Made by a program: the position numbers and the translations under genes
Shown: positions 45,640-57,800 of the stretch, one piece after another
How positions within the stretch are numbered: position 1 is the stretch's first letter
Layout: the number at the start of each line of letters is the position of its first letter
From: Macrostomum lignano
Lineage: Eukaryota
Direction of reading: 5' to 3'
DNA: 64,000 nucleotides
Assembly: GCA_002269645.1 (NCBI GenBank)
Contig: NIVC01002435.1
Coordinates: 1 to 64,000 of the forward strand
Notes under the pieces: model-generated
What the model saw: the letters and a program-made list of their open reading frames with translations, nothing else
Databases searched by the model: none
What the model was told of the DNA's origin: nothing

Positions 45640-46029
45640 GAGGGCTGGGGCTGCTAAGCCTGCTTTAAAGTCTGTGGGATCATCACGACTTTACTAAAAT
45701 AAGTTTTATGACTTGAAGGGTCCTGTTCGGTCGTGAACTGTTGCAAAATTCTCACCTGTATATTTAGCGCGAGGCACGTGATTGGCCTTTGCTTGCAGAC
45801 CAGATGCTTTAATTGTATAATATTGCAGTGCGATCTTGTTATCTACCAATGTCAAGTTCTGCGCGTGGTTTTGCGCTACAGGCTTTCTGTAATTCAATTT
45901 CTGAATGCGTTATGATAATGATTTAAACTTCTCTAAATCAATGTCAGCATTGTGTACGAATTTCTCGAATAACCTCATCATTGCATTGTAAATTTATCTG
46001 TGTATAATGATCACGTTGTTCAGGTCCGC

Positions 46030-46460
46030 AGTTGCTGGGCCAGCCACCCAGATCCTCAGTTGCAGGGGCCAGCCTCCCAGATCCTCGTTGCTAAGCCAGC
46101 CTCCCAGATCCTCAGTTGCTATGCTAGCCTCCCAGATCCTCAGTTGCTGGGCCAGCCTCCCAGATCCTCAGTTGCTATGCCAGCCTCTCAGATCCGCAGT
46201 TGCTATGCTAGCCTCCCAGATCCTCGGTTACTTTGCCAGCCTCCCAGAGTGTCAGTTGCTAAGCCAGCCTCCCAGATCCTCAGTTGCAGGGGCCAGCCTC
46301 CCAGATCCTCGGTTACTTTGCCAGCCTTCCAGAGTGTCAGTTGCTAAGCCAGCCTCCCAGATCCTCAGTTGCAGGGGCCAGCCTCCCAGATCCTCGGTTA
46401 CTTTGCCAGCCTCCCAGAGTGTCAGTTGCTAAGCCAGCCTCCCAGATCCTCAGTTGCTAG
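46030..46460. repeat. ~28-30-bp degenerate minisatellite downstream of SNX4
   Basis: Recurrent gccagcctcccagatcctc(a/g)gtt. Confidence 0.93.
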
Positions 46461-47116
46461 GGGCCGTCTGCAGTGCCGGATTGCAGTCGTATTAGTTAAG
46501 TCTTCGCTTTCTTGAGTTTGTATAAATTTATGCGGCAATTTAAATTCGTACAGATAAATTTATTTTCCGAATTCGACTGCTTCTAATTCGATTCGAAATA
46601 CACAGACAGATATGATTGCTGGTTTCTCAGTTCAGAAGTCTGCTCTGGTTCACGGCATTTATCTTTGGGAATTAAAACTTAAGTGCAGGGGATTTTTTCC
46701 GATGAGAAAATGCTTACCTTGGATTCTGGCAGTACAGTGGCAGCCGTGCGCCTATTGGATGCGATTTATTGTTGCCATGGGAACCTGCCCGGGTAGAAGA
46801 TGCGCTGATTTTTAACTATGAAAATAGAGTCGTTGAGCACTGTTGTCCTGCTCAACTTTTTGATAGCTGTTCCAACCACGTAAGGACCGCCATTATGCCG
46901 AGGCTAGCAAGTGAGTTACTAATAGGTTTAGTTTTTGTAATTCTAAACATGTAGTATAGGTTGTTAAATTTAACTGTACTTAAAAGTCGTGCAACTTACG
47001 CACTTTGCTCATGTAAAAAAGAAACTGTTAAGCAAAACTCTAATCTAAAGAACTAATTGTGTTTATTTTGACTCCACCCTCCGGTGAGAAAGCGTTATGT
47101 GTAAGATCTGTTTAAG

Positions 47117-47117
<1 letters not shown>

Positions 47118-47169
<52 letters not shown>
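47118..47169. repeat. (TG)26 microsatellite just upstream of the PAN/LamG-like ORF
   Basis: Direct reading. Confidence 0.98.
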
Positions 47170-47170
<1 letters not shown>

Positions 47171-47245
47171 CACTAAGATGTTGTGTAAGACAGCGTGTAA
47201 GGTAGTGTGTAAGACGGATATGGTGTGTGTAAGACAGTTTGTAAG

Positions 47246-48298
47246 ATGACACTAAGATGGTGTGCTCGATTGCCGCCGCAATTCTCAGGATGGTTTCTGC
47301 TCGTCTTTCTTCTACTGAACTGCTGGTGGTCTGCCAGCTACGGCTGCCGCTCTCCGTGGCACCGCCTGGAGACGCAAAGCTGCCTGAGCGGCTCGCTGGC
47401 GCTGTGGACGAGACCGTCGGGCTCAGTCCTCGACTGCGTGCTCGAAGCCGAGCGCTCGAGCGGCCTGCAGGTGGCCCAGTTCGACTCGGACACTCGCCAG
47501 TGCTCGCTCTTCCAATACACCGCAGTGTGCCACCTTATCGATGGACTCGCTGCTGCAGAGAGCTCGCAGCCCCGCCGCTGTGCCGCATTCGCCAATGCCA
47601 GAGCCGCCAAGTTCCTCACCTTGAGCAGGAAGCTCATGCTGGGTGTGGGCTCGAAGCTGAGGGCCGCCTGGGTGATGAGCGACGATGCGGACGCCAGCAG
47701 GAGCAACTTGGTGTGCGGCCAGACGCAGCAGTGGATGTCGGAGAATGTGGAGTGGAGCAGCGAGGGAGCCAAGCTCGACGGAGCGTCGTCCAAGATGTGG
47801 CTGGAGAACGTGGAGTTCGCGAGCGTGCAGCAGTGTCTCACGTGGCTGCTCAGGCTCAAGCGGACTGTCCGAGTGGAGGCAACGCTGCTCGAATCCTACA
47901 ACTGCGACTCCCCGGGGGATCGGGGCGCGGCGTTTTGGGACGGCTGGACAGGCGGATGGGGCCTGTACTTCTTCAGGGTCGCTTCATCTTACTTTGAGTA
48001 GTTCACACCTTCTGCCACGAACTCGTTTGACCCAAATGAATTCGTTGAGGTCGGCGTCACTTCGGCGTCTCCGTCAAGCCGCGACTTCTTGTCCAACTCC
48101 GGGTTTGTGCCGCGGTCTGCTGTGAACACCGGTACTCAGCGTACCGCTGCCGTGTCGACATACCGCTGCATCCGCTTGGGATTTCGACCTGGCGACTCGC
48201 GAATGCTGAACGGCACGGTGCAGGCGGTGGCCGTCATGAACGACACGATGACGGAGGCTGAGATTAACAGCTTCTTCAGTCTGGTGCGCTTGCCCTGA
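47246..48298 (+). pseudogene. Intronless secreted PAN/apple + ConA/LamG-like gene with an in-frame TAG at 47999-48001
   Basis: Signal-like WFLLVFLLLNCWWSASYG. PAN-like SVLDCVL...AQFDSDTRQCSLF. LamG-like AKLDGASSKMWL and, after the TAG in the same frame, FVEVGVT...YRCIRLG...LNGTVQAVAVMNDTMTEAEINSF*. Confidence 0.65.
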
Positions 48299-49974
48299 TA
48301 TGCTGCTGCTGAGTTTTCAGTTTTCTGACACTTGAGTTGACCATTTTTCGCCTTTTGGATTTCTAATTGGGCTCTGTCCGAGATTGACTCCCACAAACTT
48401 CTTAAGCTAATGTTATAGATTCTGCCGGAACCGTTAAGCAGGCAGTCGTCTCTTGTGTTATTTTTTAAGCGGATTTTCTCGGATGCGCAAAGTTTTTCAA
48501 TGGCAATACCCAATTCCGTTTAAATCCGTTTAAAGAACATAACTGTATATTTGCGATCTTGGCCCCATTATTAGCATTTCCCAAGCCAATTGTCTATGGC
48601 CCGAAATGGGTCTGTGGAGCAACCAGTTTGAGAATCTGGGTGCGCAATCCATCATCCAAAATATATCCTTCTTGTATTCGCTAAGACCGCGTCATCTTAT
48701 CCTCGTCACCGGTGTTGGCTTTCTGGTTTTCTGTTTTTTTGCCTCCGCCGTTCGCGATGGGCTTGACTCTCTCGACAGCTTTTTATTCTCGTATTTCATA
48801 CCATAGTAATGGCGTTTGTTCTGTCTATGGACAAATCTTGCTATGAAACTATTACAAAACTGAATATAAAAATAAACAGCAAGCCTTCGATAGCCTGGCC
48901 AAGGAGCTCTATAATTAGCAACATGGAGTGGAAACGAGTTTTTCAGTTTTATCTCATGAGGCCAGACTAGCATAGACAGAGTCAGACAGAGCCATAGACA
49001 TTCAGTGCTGGCTCCTTATCTTTAAAATAGGCGTGGCCTCATGAGGTAAAACTTGCTTCCACTCCAGATCCAGATTGCTATGGTTATTGTCCATCTTACA
49101 TGTAAGTGCCTACGGTAGATAGATGTCTTTTAACTTTGGCAATTGTGGCCGGTCACAGAGAGGGACAGTAGTGTCTGGCAGTGGCACCCCGTGCTTGCGT
49201 TATACACCATTTTACCCTCGATTTTGAACAAGGAGAACTTCGAAACCGACAAACTCCTCTTCAATATTGACACAATGGTCGGGCACTCAAAATCTACAAT
49301 CAATATTGACAGATCAAGCTTCAATTTTGACAAACTCTAATTCAATTTTGACAATACACGTTTAGTCAACTTCTCCTGGGAGAATTCTGTAACAAAGTAA
49401 TCCAATGAAAGCCTGAACGGGGCTGAAGTGAGCTGTGCAAAATCAGCTCATTCTGACTTTGTTTTTGGGGTCAACAAGTTATTAATAAAAAAAAAATTTC
49501 CATCCTTTTACACGCACAGACTAAAATAGCCTGACTGGTTGGGCCGCAAAGTCCGATTCTATTTTGACAGAGTTGCTTCAAAACTGACACTCCATGGTTT
49601 GTGTACCCCAAAAAGTCTGAACTGAGTTTACAATCAATTTTGCCTAAGATTTAGACAATTCTAACTAAGAATCGTTAAGCTTGGAAATTTCGAGGCGGTC
49701 TTTTGTCTATGGCAGTTTGTTTTTTATCCATGTCTTAAGGCAGCCTGCGCCTCGAATCTAATTGGCTACTGCTTCAGTTTACCATCGATGGTTGGTCAGA
49801 CCAACGTATGCACATCTTGTCACGGAGGAATTCAAAAGAGCAGAAAAGAAGTTCTCGCTCTGCTCGTGTTTGTCACTTTTAATCGCTAATCTGAAGCACT
49901 AATTTAGCCAGGCTGATTGATAGCGATGCCACTGAAGCTTTTTTGAAGAGGAGCAGAAACAGCCTGGCCGCCGC

Positions 49975-50115
49975 AAAAATCGGTCTGTGTCCTTCCAGGA
50001 CCGACAGCGCCTGATTTCTGCTCATGAGAACCGAGACGACTTTGTGCATCTGGCGAATCAGTTGGGGATAAAGAGGAGGAGGACCACGGCACATGAAATC
50101 GTGCAGGCGGTGCCG
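49975..50115 (+). mobile_element. Fragment of an IS630/Tc1-like transposase N-terminal HTH
   Basis: KNRSVSFQDRQRLISAHENRDDFVHLANQLGIKRRRTTAHEIVQ resembles transposase paired/HTH N-termini. No catalytic domain follows. Confidence 0.4.
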
Positions 50116-51559
50116 CAACTCCCGCTGCCCATGTCCAGATACCTAACCTAACCTAGAAATCTGACAAATGCGTGTTATTTAAAAATACGAAGTATGTAAA
50201 GCCCTAAACAAACTGCTCAAATATGCGAGCTATCGCAGTTTCATTTCCCGCTCTCTCACTTCTGCTCGCAAGCTTTTGCAAATTCGCAAAAAAATTAACG
50301 TAGTTTTTTTTTCTTTCTACGGCTCAAAATTCAAATCAATAATGGGCATTTTAATAACTCAGTCATTTATTCGCAAAAAATATAATATTTATATATATAA
50401 GACTAAACCGCTCTTCAGCTCATAAATCATGAACACTGGAGCAACTGAGCTCACAGGATAAGCCCACAGCAGCCCCGCCAGGATTCAGTTTGAGTTATTA
50501 TACTTGTCAAAAAAGCACAAGTGGAAGTGGGGAGCAGTGCTGGCTACAGTTGCTGCCCAGCAGCTCTCCGTGGGCCAATTTTAATTGACTGGCTGCCAAC
50601 CCTGAGGCCAGCAGCTGCGCGGAGCCGCGCCTGCTGCAGCCGCGGTGCCTGCAGGCTGACGGGGATTTATTGGAATTTATAAATTTATAAAAAGCTGTCG
50701 TTGAGAATCTTCCCCAAGTGCCCTGGTTAGGGCCAGGGTTGTTGGGGCCGGGGGCGTGTTGTGAAGCTGAGAGACTGCAGAGGATTGAGACTGGCTCGTA
50801 GAGGGCAGAATAGCATACATGTACTTTTGACACGTTTTGGCATAAGCACGCTGTCATTGATTTGACTCAACTGCTCTGGCTTGGGGGCTTGGCTTGACTC
50901 AACTGCTCTGCAACTAGAATCTCAGTCTCAGTTGGTGTTTGAAGGTGGTGAAAATTCATGGACACATGGATCGGATCAATAATTTATGCCCACGACTGTT
51001 TATCGTAGAGACAGCGCTAGAAATGGGGCCGTCAGTTGCCGTTGCACGATAAAAACTGTTTCGGCCGCACCGCTGTGCTGAGATTCTTCAACACTCATCG
51101 ACGGTGGTTTAGAGGAGCAGCTGCGAGCCAAGTTGAAGCGAAGGCCGGCGAGAGCTGCTCATTTTCTCTTTTATCTCCCCCAAACCACCCAGTGGACTGT
51201 TAGCATGAAATCCCCATTTATCCCTTTTATCCCTCTATGGACCCCTGACTGGAATATTTCGGTATATCAAGTCAGCTGTTCCGACCAGTTGTCGGTTCCA
51301 CTCGGTCACGTCCGTGGCTGAACTTCAGGTTCCATCCCTGGTTCTTGAGTCGGTACGTCAATGCCAGAGAACAGAGAAGACACTCAAGAGACTTGCCCCC
51401 AAGTCTCCAATGCTTCCTTTCAGCTGACATCTTTTGACCCAATGTCGCTATTGAGTCATTGAAGCCTATTAAAAAATTGAATGAACAAGAAAATCTTTTC
51501 GATTAAAACCTACCTAAACAGTAGCAGTGGGCTGAATTCAGTTGGCCGGGTAGCAGACA

Positions 51560-51750
51560 GACTTTTTGTTTGTTCGGGAACCTAGCAGGATGAAGAATCT
51601 GTCTGCACGTCACCAATTCCATGGGGTAGTCTCTTCCATCGTCTTCCACTGCAGCGAAGCCAGCAGGAATTCTGTTCCTCAATGCCTGCAGGCCGCGGAA
51701 GTTCAGGAGGAACCGCAAACCGTCAGGACGAAGGCCGCTCGGAGTGAAAA
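51560..51750 (-). mobile_element. Possible decayed LINE ORF2 C-terminal fragment
   Basis: Stop-interrupted frame AFVLTV...TEFLLASLQWKTMEE...RADRFFILL resembles LINE ORF2 tails. Weak. Confidence 0.3.
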
Positions 51751-54700
51751 TTTGATCCTCAGGTACAGATTTAACCCGATTCTGCCTCAACTTACGTTTA
51801 TCTACGAGCTACTTACGAGCTACAGCATCTACTCGTACGAGCATTTTAATGCTAATCGCAAATACAAACCAAAGGCTGGTAGTGAATGTACCGTTTCTTC
51901 TACAAGATATAGGAAAATAATGTGTAGCATTTTTAAGAACGCGTATCTCATTTTCGATTCTCATAAATTGCTTGACACGATGGCGTGTTGTATTTTTTTG
52001 ACTCGATGAGAGAAGATAAAAAGAGCAAAAACGCAAGGCGGCAGAGCAGATCAGTGGTTCACACGTCTGACCCGTGTCCTGGGCCGAAATACCCAGGTCC
52101 TCACGCACATGAAGGCCGATTACCATGGTATACCGTACACTGATTCACAATGAGAAAGTCAGGGTCACTGTACACCTCTGTGTGAGTGCATTCCTGCGTT
52201 CGTATGTGTGTGTGTGTGCTCAGGGGTTCGAATCAAGTCTACTGCCACCTTGATTTGCGGCGGTGCTCTCAAAAGCCCCTTGACAAACTGACTCGTGAGG
52301 CTGAGTTGTTAATTAGTCTTTATCCAGTAGAATTCCCACCCCAAGTAGGAGACGGAAGCGGCCTGGTGAAAGAACTCCTCAGAGAAGTCAGCGTCCACTG
52401 CTCACCGGAACTACTGCTGAACTCCGAGGAAGAGTGCTGGATGAAAGTATATCGTTTTATTGATATATTGATTTCTTAACTTTTTTAAATAGCTCTGTGA
52501 TCTACAATCAAAAATTAACCCAGCCGGCCTCTTCTGCGCCAAGCTTTCTCGAGTGCCTGCGTTTTTCTGAGGTATTCCCGTCATGTTGTCCAATTTAAAA
52601 TCCCCTTTTTCTCCGGCGTGATGACTTCTCTGTTTGTTGTTTCGCCTAGCGAAATTGATCCCATTCTACTTCTCTAGTTGTACGTCGGAAGCCTTACAAT
52701 CGAGATCGCTGTTGGCACACTCCGATTCCTTCTACTCGGTAGAATCTTCCGCTTCTAGCTCGTATAGTCCTTAAAAATTATGAATAACAGGACTCGAGTA
52801 TTGCAAAGCTCTATGAATTTGCGAGATGCGCTGCCGCTGGGGTAGGAGTTCCTGCGTGGTCAGCAAGAGCAGGTGATTTAAACAGACAATCATGCAGAAC
52901 GCATTTCCGGCATTATACGCTCGTAAATTAAACTAGCCTGTTACTACGGGGCCGAGGGTGGATTTGTTGGTGTTCGTAGCTTTGCCTTGGTTGAGTTCCA
53001 GCGATTGGGTTGAGACCAGTCTTTGAGTCATTTTCCCGCTCTTTCGTGCGCGTCGGTCCGCAGGCACTCGCTGCGCTCATTAATCTTCGGCTAGCTGTCA
53101 ACGCATCGCCCTAACTCGCCGTCTCGCCTTTGTCTTCTGTCTGGAATGAATGGTGGCTGCTGCAAGCTTGTCACGCTTCGGTTGCTTTCCATTGTAGGCC
53201 TTCCATTGTATTTAATTTTTTCGCTCTTGCTTCTTATGCCTCTTTATGCTTTTAATCTGCCCTCGCCTCACTCGACGCTCCCCGGCTGGTACGGCTGTTA
53301 GGTAGAGCGGTGATGCAAAACAATTTTACGCAGGGACAAATGCACAATCAGCAGGTAAAAGCTTCTCAGTGCATAAAATCGTCAGTTGAAAAGCTGAGAG
53401 AATGAGAAGGCGAGGCAGTAAAATGCAAAATGCACACAATGACAGCTGCAAATAGCCAGACTGAGCCTTGACAAAGATCTATGCTGAAAAAATTATAACA
53501 GGATTATAACAGGCAGACATGAATATTGAAGGACGACTGCGCAAAACAGGACATTGGATAGAATATGCCAGTGGCTACAGAACAGCTCCAGGCTTAATTT
53601 GTGCGGCTAAAATCCGTGATGCAGCTCTCACCTGCATTAGGGATCCTCGGTATTTTTCAAATGAAAAAAAATTGAGTTTAAAGTCTTTCAACCTATACGT
53701 AAATTAATTGACTTTTAAGGTACGATCGCATTACGATAGCTCAATCAGTACAGCAGTTGTTTCGGCACCAGGTTAAGCATGTTCGGCATTCTATAAATTA
53801 TCAATATCATTCTCAATTTCAACCGGTCGTGTGCTGTCAAGAAGCCATAATTGTTATTGCAAAAGATTTCTCTTGTGTGTATTAATTATAAATTACACTA
53901 GTAAAGAATTTCCAATTGACTGATTTTAGATTTTCAACCGCAAAATAGATGACCAATAAAATCCACAAGGACTGATCTCTGAATGTCTGTTAAAGCTGTC
54001 TTGTCCGCAATTTTACTAAAAGATTCAACGCACATCAGATTACATCTTCAGGAGTACACGATTGTCTTGCTAATTTGAGGGTCTCGCCGCACCCTGCTGC
54101 ACCCCGATGCCAGTCTGCAAGCAACTGTGTTAGTCAGTTTCGTAGCTTGATCTTCAACTGCGACTTGGCATAGCGAACGCCGCTATATTGTTTCAAACAA
54201 TAGGCACAGAAGACACCCCAGTTGGAAACTGAAGCGTCTTGTCTATCTGGCTGAGGACTTGTGCGCTAGCGCCTGAAGGCCTAAATAAGTGCATGCATAA
54301 ATAAATGCGGACTCTTTCCTATCATTGCAGCCGTGTGCGGCTGGGGCCCTTGGCGTGGGGAGATGGGCAGGAATGACAATATTGATCTCAGTTAAGCTGC
54401 TGAATAGCGGCAGACAATGGCTTGCTTGCTTGAGGCTTAAAATAAGCTCGCTCAGTTAGCTGATTCTTGGTGTCAGGCTCGATGAGTAGAGAGAATATCT
54501 AAGCATGAAGTACTACGCATATGCCACTCTTCTCCGAGACCCTTGATGTGGGCCTCTCCTCCGGGTGCGAATGCTCTAACAACGCTCTAAAAGCACCGAA
54601 CAACAGAGCCAGCGCTAGATAGAAACTTTAAATAAACAGTTAAAGCAGTTAAAGCTGCCGCTATTTTATTTAGAATCAAGGATAGAGCACTGCGGATACT

Positions 54701-54802
54701 GCATCAAAATAATCTTCTGCCACCTCTATAAATATTTGAAGTAATTTCTCAAACACCTGGCTTCATAGATTGATGCCAAGCTCACTAGCGCCATAGGCTA
54801 CC

Positions 54803-57800
54803 ATGGCGACCAAAGAAATGTTCGAAGAGCTGGAATACTACAAAAACTACCAGCTGGATGAAGGCGAGATCGACCTGCGCTCCTACCTGCTCGACGTGGA
54901 GCACCTGGAGGAGAAGATCCGGTCGGGAGAGTACCCCACCCCTGCCGTGCTCTCCACCCGGCAGCGAGAGAAAGGACAGCCGCCCAGAGACCCGAGCGCT
55001 ACGAACGAGCCGCCGTTCCCGCCGCGCCGCCGCAAGGAGGAGATTTTCGATGCCGCCGCGTACACAGAGAAGGACGCGTACGTCAGGTCGCTGCTGCCGG
55101 AGCCTGCAGAGACGGAGGAGAACTTTGCGGCGCGGCTGTTCCAGCAGTGCAGCTCGAATCTGGACAAGGTCCGAGCTGCCTTCGTCTTTGTGAGCTCCGC
55201 CAAGGTGGATGAGCTGGCAGAGGCGAAGAGTGCTTCGAAGCTGTACAGGCTGGCTCGTGGACTTCGAGTTAACGAGAAGTTCAGTGATTTATTCAAAAAG
55301 CTCATGAAGTAAGTTGGCTTTTCGCTTTCAAATCTGATCTTTGATCTAATGAATTTGTTTAGCAACCTTCCGATCTGTTTTTGGTATCTAAAGCGAAAAG
55401 ACGATTTAAATAAGCAGCATGCAGACATCTCAACTACATGATTTTGGGATCAAAATTTCCAATGCCTCTAGTTCAAAAGCTTTCTCTTCCTTCTCATATG
55501 AACAATAAAACTGTCATCAACGCGCTATATTCTCTAAACCTTAAGCTTAAGGCCGGCCTTACCTGCTTCAGTCTCGCTGGAGTTCCTATCAAGTGCATCA
55601 CCGGCCACAAAAAAGGAGCCAGGTTCAAGATCGGCCACGAGGTCACTCAGTGGACTGCCTGCTGGTTCGCTTGTTACGTTGAAGGAGAGTGGCGCTTTGT
55701 TGACCCACACTGGGGTTCCAGAAGTGTTGTGGGTTACAGTCGCGGAGATTTCGCTAAAATCGACGATGCCGGAAACGTGCACAGTGCGCAGAAGTCCGAC
55801 GGGCAAACCAAATATTCTGCTAGGGAGTTTTACTTCTTGCCTGATCCAGACCAGCTGATCCTTTCGCACTGCCCGAAAGACCCGATTGACGACGAGTGGC
55901 AACTCCTGGTCTGCCCACTCAGTGTGGCTCAGTTTGTGAGGATGCCCCGCTATTTTTCTGGAAGTCCTGAGTTGGCGGAAGACTTCATTACAAAAGTGAA
56001 ATCCGTCAGTCATCCGTGGAATGTGATCGTGGCAGATCCAGGAAAGCTTGAATTATTTTTCCACGAATGTGACTGTGAAATCAAGATTTCATCCACCGTC
56101 AGCATTCACACCAAGAACGTTACCGAGGACAACCAAGCCGTGATCAAGGCTACCATCGATCGAATTGGATCCTTATCGAGACCTGCGAAAATGGGAAAAG
56201 GGATATTCAAGTTCATATTCGTGCCGCCATGCTCAGGAATGTTTTTGCTAACGATTTCTCTGCAAATGAAAGCTCCCAGAAAAAGATATTTGGCTGATTT
56301 TGTCTCGTACGTCATCCACTGCCCACGTGCGGCGGAAATCCCGGTCCCTCAAGCCAGAGGCGTTGACCAGCCGTCCTATTTTGGTCCCGGCATCGATCTG
56401 GAAAACGCGGGCCTATATACCGATGCCCCTGGAGAAATAAAGGCTAAAGGTGGCGAGAACTTACTGACTATTGAATGTCCAGACCGGATAAACTTTGTTC
56501 CTAGGTGCGAGCTGCTGGATGCTACTAATGAGAGCTTACCGACGAGAAATTTACTTATCTGGTCCGTTGGTTCAAAGGTTTTCATATTGCTTCTATCGCC
56601 CGACTCCGGCTCGTTCGCTTTGGTGATTTACGATGACGATAGGCCGGTATGTCAGTTTCTCATCGACTCTCCGTCAGAGTTTCGGGACGCCAATGAATTC
56701 CCGATGCCCGACTTCGACAAGCTGGGCGGTCTGGGCTTCCTTGACAGAGAGCTGAGCAAAGAACTCCAGCCCCAAAGCCACACCAACCCACACGTTCTCT
56801 GCGATGAGTCGACGCTGAATCTGTCGTTCAGGATCAGCGAAATCCAAGCCGAGATCCAAGCGGAGCTGCTGCACATCGTCTCAGATGGTCGGGGCGAGGT
56901 CTCGCGGGGCTACTCTCTTGTCAGCTCCCCATCCAGAGAGCAGTCGAAAGTGAGCATGAGATTTCCCATCGCTGGTCACTACGTTTTGAGAGTGAACGGT
57001 AGACGCAACAGGTCGGAGTCTTGGCGGCCCTTCTGCAACTACTTCATCCGGGCTGTGGGCGAGCTCAACGGTGAAGCAGAGCAGTTTCCTCAGGCGATGG
57101 AAGCCTGGAGCAGTAGAAACCAGCTAGTGCTGCCAACGCAGGGAAGTTTGCCGCTAAACGAGACAATCCTTTTTGCGGTTCGAGTGAGCGACCCGAGCGT
57201 GAACTCCGTAGCACTCGTCACTTCAACTAATTATCGCATTCGAATGCGCAAGAGCACGAGTGGTCTGTGGAAGGGCAAGCTCACGAGCACTAAAAACCAG
57301 GCCGGACAACCTCTCAGAATTGAAAGTGAGACGGCGTCAAATTCAAACTCGTGCGGAACTCTTCTCAATTACCAGTTCGAGTCGAACGAGGACAAGAAGA
57401 TCAGGAACATCAATATCGAGGCTGCAGCTGACCTGAACCAGCGTCGTAGGAGGAGCGAAAATCTGCGCCAAAGAAAGCAGGAAAACCATGAGCGGGTGGA
57501 GAAGGCCTTGGAGCTACTGCCCACCGATCCTGGCGAGCCGGACAGTCAAACGGTGAGTTGCGCTCATCTAATCCGGCTCAACAACTAGCTCAGAGTGATC
57601 CGGCTGTTTGCGCTTATGCCATTCGATATTGGAGTGCCTGTTTCTTGTTTTCCAGGAACAGAAGAGACTGGAGAGACAGGAACAGCTGGAGAGCAGCTTG
57701 CAAGAGTTGAGCCACCCTGACAACAAAAGCACATTCAAGCTGCAGCATAAGACGGTTCAGGCAGCGCTGCTACTGCTTGGTTTCTGTGAAGACGAGACTG

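Noticed and set aside
41806-48001. Genome-wide TAG reassignment as the cause of the two in-frame TAGs
   Set aside because: TAG serves as the apparent true terminator at 6598-6600 and 59070-59072.
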